Source of the DNA: Escherichia coli
Lineage (GTDB): Bacteria > Pseudomonadota > Gammaproteobacteria > Enterobacterales > Enterobacteriaceae
Assembly (NCBI RefSeq): GCF_046105845.1
Contig: NZ_CP151004.1
Direction: 5' to 3' (one strand)
DNA length: 64,000 nt
Of the stretch, positions 57,776 to 64,000 are shown piece after piece (the stretch's first letter is position 1; each line of letters begins with the position of its first letter). Below the pieces are notes generated by a model. It saw only the letters and a list, made by a program, of their open reading frames with translations, ran no database searches and was not told the origin of the DNA. Both the position numbers and the translations under genes were made by a program.

Positions 57776-57991
57776 TCAAAGAGAGAGCGCCACCTGTCCT
57801 GATTTCATTGGATGCGGCTGAACCGGATTTGACTCTTTTGGCGTTGCAATCGAACGAACAAAAGTTTCATGGGTTACAAAAGTATGGCTGCAGTTAATAT
57901 TCTGGCACTGGTTGTAACGCTCTTTGGTCAATGAAGATACCTGAAAACTGCTGCGAGTATGGGCGGCACTTCCACACAGTGGGCAAATCAT
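57776..57991 (-). CDS. ogr: P2 Ogr-type zinc-finger late-gene activator (about 71 aa)
   Basis: ORF track 57776..58027; CPLC...CQNINCSHTF zinc-binding pattern matches Ogr (CPLC...CQNVNCSATF). Confidence 0.8.
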   Translation of the reverse strand: MICPLCGSAAHTRSSFQVSSLTKERYNQCQNINCSHTFVTHETFVRSIATPKESNPVQPHPMKSGQVALSL

Positions 57992-58084
57992 CATTTTTCG
58001 AGTTCTCCCCATTTTTGCTAAATTCACAATAATGATACCGCATTATTCCATTTTGCAAACTTAAAAGTTCTCCATTGCGAAGAA

Positions 58085-59185
58085 TCATTCCATTTCGAAA
58101 TCATCAATCCTCACTTCAAGCTCCAAACTGGTCGTAAAACCGTTATCCGGGCTGACGGTATGCGTCAGAGTCGTAATGGTCCATTCCGCATCATCTATCG
58201 GCTGTTTAAAACCACTGACCTTCACAGGCATTTCCGTGTAGAGATCTGCCCGCCCTTCTGCCAGTTGTAGCGAAAATGACGCAACGCCGCGTTGCAGGCG
58301 TTCCCACTGCATTTTCGCCGCTCGTTCGGCGTTGCTTCGGTTGGCATAAGTGCGATTAAGTACCAGCACGTTTTCATCCGTACCCACCAGGTAATCGCCC
58401 TGCTTCGCTTCTGGCTCTTTCTTCTGCTTCTTAGTTCTGCGCTTACGCTTCACCGTGGTGCTTTCTTTCTTCGCAGGTTCGCGGGTATGCAACCAGCTGG
58501 CAATTACGCCCGTGTAGGCTCCGCGATCTGCCAGGGTAAATCGGTGACTGTCGCCGTCCTTGCGTGTGATAGTGATCACTGGCAGAGGTTTACCAGTGGC
58601 GCTTTTGCCCTGCCCCTGCCGGATGAATAACAGATTGCCATTTTTCACCGACGCGATGGCACCGTACTGTCGCGCCAGCCGCATCAGAAAACTGCCGTCA
58701 CTCTCATTAGTCTGGTCTATATGCTCCACGGGCTTATCCGACAGGTCTTTACCCAGTGCCATCTTCAGCTTGTGCCGCGCGGCTATTTCCTTCACCACTT
58801 CCCCGACGGTGGTCTTATGCCACGATTTTTCACGGCGGGTATTCAGCGTTTCCCGAAAATCAGCACTTCGCGCCCGGATAGTCAGGCGGTCCGGTGCGCC
58901 AGTGTGTTCAATCTCGTCCACTGTGAATGCCCCTTTCGGGAAAAGCGGCTGCCCCTTCCAGCCCAGCGCCAGCGTAATAACCGCACCACGGCGCGGCAGC
59001 ACGATTTTTCCGTCAGCGTCATCCAGCTCCAGATCAAGCTGGTCCGCTTCAAAGCCCCGGTTATCCGTCAGCGTCAAACTCATCAGGCGGTTATCCAGCA
59101 CAGTGGTGATATCCCTGCCCTCAATACTGATGCTGAATGCGGGAGTTTTGTTGCCTTTGTTAAGCAGTTCAGAGCTGAAATTCAC
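58085..59185 (-). CDS. P2 gpD-like late control / tail protein D (366 aa)
   Basis: ORF track; position between U and ogr. Confidence 0.85.
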   Translation of the reverse strand: MNFSSELLNKGNKTPAFSISIEGRDITTVLDNRLMSLTLTDNRGFEADQLDLELDDADGKIVLPRRGAVITLALGWKGQPLFPKGAFTVDEIEHTGAPDRLTIRARSADFRETLNTRREKSWHKTTVGEVVKEIAARHKLKMALGKDLSDKPVEHIDQTNESDGSFLMRLARQYGAIASVKNGNLLFIRQGQGKSATGKPLPVITITRKDGDSHRFTLADRGAYTGVIASWLHTREPAKKESTTVKRKRRTKKQKKEPEAKQGDYLVGTDENVLVLNRTYANRSNAERAAKMQWERLQRGVASFSLQLAEGRADLYTEMPVKVSGFKQPIDDAEWTITTLTHTVSPDNGFTTSLELEVRIDDFEME

Positions 59186-59667
59186 GACAGCAGCCCTCCC
59201 ACCGTTTTACTGATATCGCTTAAGGCAGACGTTGCCGTGTCCTGCAGATTATTCAGTTGCGCACTGAGATCACCGAACATATCGGACAGGGATTCATCCA
59301 CTCGTTTGAGCGACAGGGTGAACTCAATCCGGCGCGGCATACCGTCGCGGAAAAACTCCGTTTTAGTCTGATTCAGTCCCTCAATCACATACATGCCGTA
59401 AATCGTGCCGCTGCCTTCAATCAGGGGCCATGCTTTCCCCTGTTCTGCCATCTGCTCCAGTGCCAGCAACGACAGCCTGCCGCCTGTTATCTCCGGCATA
59501 AGAACACCGGAAAGCGTCAGCATGTCGTTGTCCGGTCCCAGAAACTGCGTGGACGGACGACGATTTACCCGGCTGTTAGCCACATGTCGCCAGCTGCGCT
59601 GATACTGCAGTTCCTGATACGGCACGGTGCGCAGCATAAACACGTACAATCCCAGCACCATCATCAT
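59182..59667 (-). CDS. P2 gpU-like tail protein (161 aa)
   Basis: ORF track; overlaps D start and T stop. Confidence 0.8.
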   Translation of the reverse strand: MMMVLGLYVFMLRTVPYQELQYQRSWRHVANSRVNRRPSTQFLGPDNDMLTLSGVLMPEITGGRLSLLALEQMAEQGKAWPLIEGSGTIYGMYVIEGLNQTKTEFFRDGMPRRIEFTLSLKRVDESLSDMFGDLSAQLNNLQDTATSALSDISKTVGGLLS

Positions 59668-62600
59668 GCGTCGTATCCCCCCTGATCGCTGTAGTTACTC
59701 CTGGCTTTTGCCTTCAGCCTGCGTTCACGTTCATCAAGCTGGCGGGCCACCTCCCGCGCAATATCCTGCGCACTTTGTCCTGGCTGTGTCTGGATGATGA
59801 TCTGCGTCGGTGCTTCAATCCGTTGAACGGGCGGCACAGTGGCTGCACGACTCACCATCGCTTCACCGCCTTTCGCGGGAAGTGCCAAAGGGTGCAACGG
59901 TGGAAGCTCTGCTGGCGTAGCAGCAACACCCATCATTCCGGCAACAACGGCAGCCAGTGCAGCTGTATTTCTCCGGCTGGTCACATTTGCCGGGCCGTTA
60001 ACAATTTCCGGCCCGTTTTCACCGACGATGCCAAACTGCCCGCGCGGGATATACCCGCCGCTGTCATACATCCCCGCAAAGCCATATCCCCATGACGGAA
60101 AACCACCCGATGGCATCATCACTTTACCGTCTGCATTCACCGTCGCAGGTTGCTGACGCGTCACGCTTTCCGGCAGTTTCGCCTTTGCGGCCTCTTTACT
60201 GACAATGCCAAGTTTCTCCAGCAACCAGGAAACGCCGGATTTCAGCGAGTCCAGCGGATGCATGACCATATTCAGCCCTTCCGCCAGAGCCTCCCCGAAT
60301 CGTCGCCCCATTGCCGCTGCACTCTGCAGTTCGGCAGAGGTCGACTTAACGGGCGTCAGCAGATCAGTAAACCAGCCCCACAGCGCCTGTACTTTGTCGC
60401 CAATCCACTGGAACACAGGCTTAAGCGGTTCGAACGCGGCACTGACAGGACCTGCCGCCGCTTTGAATCCTTCCACCACGCCACCGAGAAATGCGGTGAT
60501 GGGCTGCCAGTATTTCCAGACAACCAGCGCCACACCCGCCAGTGCAGTAACCACAAGACCTATCGGACTGAGCAGAGCACCTAACAGACCAGAGACGGCA
60601 TACAGGGCAACGCGCAGCATCGCCAGTGGACCGGATGCGAGCATACGCAGCACCGTGCCTGTGGCAGCCAGTCCGCCGCGTAGTACCGCCAGTGGATTCA
60701 TAAACATCACAGCAACCGCACGTAAACCGGATAATCCAGACCGCAAAAGTGCAACCGGCGCACCTGCTACAGTTTTCAGGATATTTCCCGTCAGTAATGC
60801 CGTGCGGCGCAAAGACGACAACGGCGCAGTAAGTAAACCTGCAGCGTTGCCCGATGAAGCAAGCCCGCGTCGCAGCAGTGCCAGTGGTGCGCCAGCCAGC
60901 CAGGACAACGCGTTGCTGGTTCGGGTTACTGCTGCCGTAACGGAAGGTAACGTTTTGATACCCAGCACAGAGAATCCCAGACGGATGACTGCCAGCGGCC
61001 CCAGCACTGCAGCCAGCGCCACCGCTAAGGTGCCGAGGCCCACGGTAACGGCAGCTACCACAGCGGCTACTTTCATCAGAGTGCCCGTCAGTTCCGGGTT
61101 AGCTTCCACCCAGCGACGCAACGCCCCCGTGACGCTTTTCACCGTGTACAGAATATCCATCAGCGGCTGGCGCAGCGTTTCCCCCAGGCTGCTGAAGGTG
61201 TTCTGTGCTCCGGTTTTGACCAGCAACCACTGAGCAGAAAGTGAATCCTTGTTGATGTCGGATTCTTTCTGCATGGAACCGAGCGCATCATTGCCCGCTG
61301 TCAGTTTTAACTGGCGCTGAAGTTCCGGCAGGTTGTTTGCCAGTTTCGCTGCGTCATCGCCAAACTCTTTACCAAACAACATGGTCATGGCAGACAGGCG
61401 CTTATCCTGTGGCAGCGCATTCACCTTCTCCAGCACGCGCTGGATAGTTCCCATCGCATCCTTCGTCATCTGCTTTTCAATCACTTCTGGATTGAGTTTC
61501 AGCAGATTCATCCCTTCAAAGAAACTCTTGCTTTGCATGGTGGCAATGGACAATTCACGCACCATCGCGTTTGCTGCACTGGCTGCAACCTCAGGCGCAG
61601 CGCCGAGTGTCAGGAAGGTGGAACCCAGCGCCGCCGCTTTACGATAATCCAGACGGTCAGCCACACCGCCCAGGCGTTGCATGACATCAATGATGTCCGC
61701 CCCTTTCGACATGGCGTTATCATCCAGATAGTTCAGCGCATCACCGAGCTGCTCAATATTGCGGGTAGGGATTTTGTAGAGCTGGGCGATTTTCCCCAGA
61801 CTTTCTGACAGTTCATCCGCTGGCAGTTCAAAGGCTGTTGCCGCCTTTGCCGCCGTGCTGGCGAAGGCCAGCAGGTCACGTTTCTGATCTTCCCAGCTGT
61901 CGTCAGGGTTTGCGACGTTCATGCGCGCACCACCTTCAACCAGTGCAGCGAAGTCCACCGCACCGTTTTCCATCGGCAACTGTTCGCTGGCAGCCTTGAT
62001 GGCATCCTGCATTTCATAAAAACGTGCAGTGCGGTTGCCATTATCGTCACGCAGACCATTGACCTGCTTTGCCACACCTTTCATGGCATCTTCCATGCTG
62101 GTATAGCTTTTTACTGCCGCCATCACTGGCGCACCCATTGCCAGCCCTGCAGCCGTGGTGGTAGCTCCGGCACCTGCAATACGATCACGCACCTCCAGCG
62201 AACGGGCATAACTGGCACGCGCTGCATTCATCCTGCGCTGAGCTTCCCCCAGTCGCTTCAGCCGCGCCTCCTGTTTCGAAAGTTCCTGGTTATAACGTGA
62301 TGTTTCACGGGCTAAACGGGCAGTTGCTCCCGCATCGTCTTTCGCAGAAATTCCCGCCCGGTACAGTTCAGCACGCACAAGCGCCGTCTGCTGCTGCAGC
62401 TTTTTCTGGCGTTCTTCTAGGCGCTGAACAGCCAGCCGTTGACGGCCCAGAGCAACAACCTGACGTTGCGAAGGCGGCCCCATCGCTCCCAGTTCCTGAC
62501 TGAGCAAATTTGCACGCTGGCGGGCATAGTTCAGCCTGTCGCCTAATTTCTGATTTTCTGCCTGCAGCTTTCGGAAGCTGTCCAGACTGCTCCCGGCCTG

Positions 62601-62741
62601 ATCAAGCTGCTTTATTGCATCGCGGGATTTTTTGACAGCAGCAGCCAGTTCTCTTGAACTGGCCTGCGCAGATCGAAATGGGCGGGTGAGCTTGTCAACC
62701 GCATTAAGAATGACCTGCAGACGCAGGTTGTTATCACTCAT
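59664..62741 (-). CDS. P2 gpT-like tail tape measure protein (1025 aa)
   Basis: ORF track; long coiled-coil plus hydrophobic repeat region, follows E/E+E'. Confidence 0.85.
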   Translation of the reverse strand: MSDNNLRLQVILNAVDKLTRPFRSAQASSRELAAAVKKSRDAIKQLDQAGSSLDSFRKLQAENQKLGDRLNYARQRANLLSQELGAMGPPSQRQVVALGRQRLAVQRLEERQKKLQQQTALVRAELYRAGISAKDDAGATARLARETSRYNQELSKQEARLKRLGEAQRRMNAARASYARSLEVRDRIAGAGATTTAAGLAMGAPVMAAVKSYTSMEDAMKGVAKQVNGLRDDNGNRTARFYEMQDAIKAASEQLPMENGAVDFAALVEGGARMNVANPDDSWEDQKRDLLAFASTAAKAATAFELPADELSESLGKIAQLYKIPTRNIEQLGDALNYLDDNAMSKGADIIDVMQRLGGVADRLDYRKAAALGSTFLTLGAAPEVAASAANAMVRELSIATMQSKSFFEGMNLLKLNPEVIEKQMTKDAMGTIQRVLEKVNALPQDKRLSAMTMLFGKEFGDDAAKLANNLPELQRQLKLTAGNDALGSMQKESDINKDSLSAQWLLVKTGAQNTFSSLGETLRQPLMDILYTVKSVTGALRRWVEANPELTGTLMKVAAVVAAVTVGLGTLAVALAAVLGPLAVIRLGFSVLGIKTLPSVTAAVTRTSNALSWLAGAPLALLRRGLASSGNAAGLLTAPLSSLRRTALLTGNILKTVAGAPVALLRSGLSGLRAVAVMFMNPLAVLRGGLAATGTVLRMLASGPLAMLRVALYAVSGLLGALLSPIGLVVTALAGVALVVWKYWQPITAFLGGVVEGFKAAAGPVSAAFEPLKPVFQWIGDKVQALWGWFTDLLTPVKSTSAELQSAAAMGRRFGEALAEGLNMVMHPLDSLKSGVSWLLEKLGIVSKEAAKAKLPESVTRQQPATVNADGKVMMPSGGFPSWGYGFAGMYDSGGYIPRGQFGIVGENGPEIVNGPANVTSRRNTAALAAVVAGMMGVAATPAELPPLHPLALPAKGGEAMVSRAATVPPVQRIEAPTQIIIQTQPGQSAQDIAREVARQLDERERRLKAKARSNYSDQGGYDA

Positions 62742-63170
62742 CGTTGGCCCCGCTTCTCTGAATCGCTTTATACCGCCATTCCAGCACTTCGGTCAGCGGC
62801 ATAACGTCAGTAACGGATGGCGGCCAGTGAAAAATGGTGGCGATATCTGCCACCAGATCGTCAACCGTCAGGCTGTCGGTAAACCGGCAAGCACCGACTT
62901 CTTCAACAAAAAAGTGACAACCTCAACCGACATGGCAGTGAGATCTGCCGGGTCCATCTCTGCAATTTCCTGTGCAGTCAGTGCCGGACTGGAGATGCGG
63001 GGGATCACGGTCATCATCGCGTTTACATCCATATCCATAATGGCCTGCAGGCGTGTACCGCGCAGCGCACCGGACTGCGGTTTACGCAGCACAATTTCGG
63101 TGATTTCTGTTTTACCGCGCTTGATGGGGGTATCCAGTTGAATGGTCTTTTCAGTCTGCTTATCGCTCAT
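62734..63170 (-). CDS. P2 gpE / gpE+E' tail assembly chaperones (E = 62868..63170; E+E' by -1 frameshift at T-TTT-TTG, plus-strand 62907-62913, ending 62734)
   Basis: ORF track for E; manual translation shows -1 frame open from the slippery site to a TGA overlapping the T start codon. Confidence 0.75.
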
Positions 63171-63195
63171 TTTGCTGTCCTGTCAATTGGGTTCT

Positions 63196-63213
63196 GGCGC
63201 GGTATCCCGCGCC
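63196..63213 (-). terminator. Hairpin downstream of FII (P2-type attenuating terminator between FII and E)
   Basis: ggcgcggtatcccgcgcc GC-rich stem-loop 12 bp after FII stop. Confidence 0.5.
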
Positions 63214-63224
63214 GTTCAGATATA

Positions 63225-63740
63225 TCAGAGGCCGAGGGCGTTGCGGTGCGCTTCCATCAGGTCCACACCGTCCACAATTTCCACCATGTTGATAAGGTCC
63301 ACTTCATAGAGCACCTCACCATTGATGGTCAGCTTCGCGTAGCTGTTGGTACTGGTCACTTTGGTGGTGTTGCTTTCGCCCGTCTTCCACTCGCCGGAAT
63401 CCACTTCTTTGTGACGTCCACGCACGACAAGCTCCACGGCCTGCACTTCCGCGGTATCGTCACGCTGAATAGAGCCGGTAAAGCGCAGCTGGATGCCATC
63501 CACCGTGGCTTTACCCATCTGTTTAAACAGCAGCAATTCAGTACCACCAATGGAAAATTCTGTGTCCAGCGCACTGTCATCAAGCCCCAGATCCACATCC
63601 ACCGCACCCGGCATTCCGCCGCCGCGATACTTCTCATATTTGCGGGTAAATTTCGGCAGCGTCAGCGACTCAACGATCCCCTGCCAGTTGTTCCCGTCGT
63701 TAAACAGGTTCAGGTGTTTTAATTTGCGTGGTAAAGCCAT
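63225..63740 (-). CDS. P2 FII-like major tail tube protein (171 aa)
   Basis: ORF track; downstream of tail sheath gene. Confidence 0.85.
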   Translation of the reverse strand: MALPRKLKHLNLFNDGNNWQGIVESLTLPKFTRKYEKYRGGGMPGAVDVDLGLDDSALDTEFSIGGTELLLFKQMGKATVDGIQLRFTGSIQRDDTAEVQAVELVVRGRHKEVDSGEWKTGESNTTKVTSTNSYAKLTINGEVLYEVDLINMVEIVDGVDLMEAHRNALGL

Positions 63741-63749
63741 GTTGTCCCC

Positions 63750-64000
63750 TTACGCGCTGACCTGGCTGGCGAAATTCACCAGGTACTGATCGGTGATGCG
63801 CTGACGCAGCATCAGGTTTTCAAGTGGCGGCACTGGCGTGTAGTCGTAGTCGATGGTGAGTTTTCCGGCTTTCAGCGTGTCTTTGTCGTTCACCGACTCA
63901 TCCAGCCAGCAATCACCACCAATGAGATAGCCCTGACAGACCAGGCTGCGCATTTTGGCGCGGATACCTTCGATAATGTCGCGGGCCAGCGACGGGTTAA
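63750..64000 (-). CDS. P2 FI-like tail sheath protein, C-terminal end (gene continues beyond window)
   Basis: ORF track 63750..63953 and open frame to window edge; position upstream of FII. Confidence 0.7.
   Translation of the reverse strand, partial: NPSLARDIIEGIRAKMRSLVCQGYLIGGDCWLDESVNDKDTLKAGKLTIDYDYTPVPPLENLMLRQRITDQYLVNFASQVSA

Noticed and set aside
60205-61233. 342-aa plus-strand ORF inside the P2-like tape-measure gene
   Set aside because: Antisense to a long, clearly coding tape-measure gene; Ala/Ser/Pro/Thr-rich shadow ORF.

Overview
This window is Escherichia coli chromosome spanning the thr operon / arcA end of the genome map (reverse-complemented relative to K-12 numbering), running thrA-thrL-lasT-yjjY-arcA-creDCBA-rob-gpmB-yjjX-trpR-slt-ettA-[redox island]-nadR-radA-serB-ytjB-lplA-[yjjJ remnant]-deoDBAC-yjjI-yjjW-yjjV-yjjU-ytjA-osmY-prfC, followed from about 36.4 kb to the window end by a composite prophage region. 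I did not find a clearly novel multi-gene system (no CRISPR array, no tRNA or rRNA, no obvious nuclease/helicase/ATPase defence cassette); the most interesting material is the prophage mosaic and a few small unexplained loci. The prophage region contains a Rac/Qin-like lambdoid right arm (dinI-like, ydfK-like, pin-like invertase, tfa, stf, lom), an IS3-family element that truncates the tape-measure gene and has removed most of the distal tail genes, a lambda-like G/GT-V-U-Z-head-portal-terminase-cos module, and then directly a P2-like late tail operon (ogr, D, U, T, E/E+E', FII, FI partial). Gene starts were set from the ORF track by comparison with remembered E. coli protein N-termini; several use GTG or TTG. 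Gene names for the housekeeping genes are recognised from protein sequence, not from any database search, and all comparisons to K-12 are from memory.
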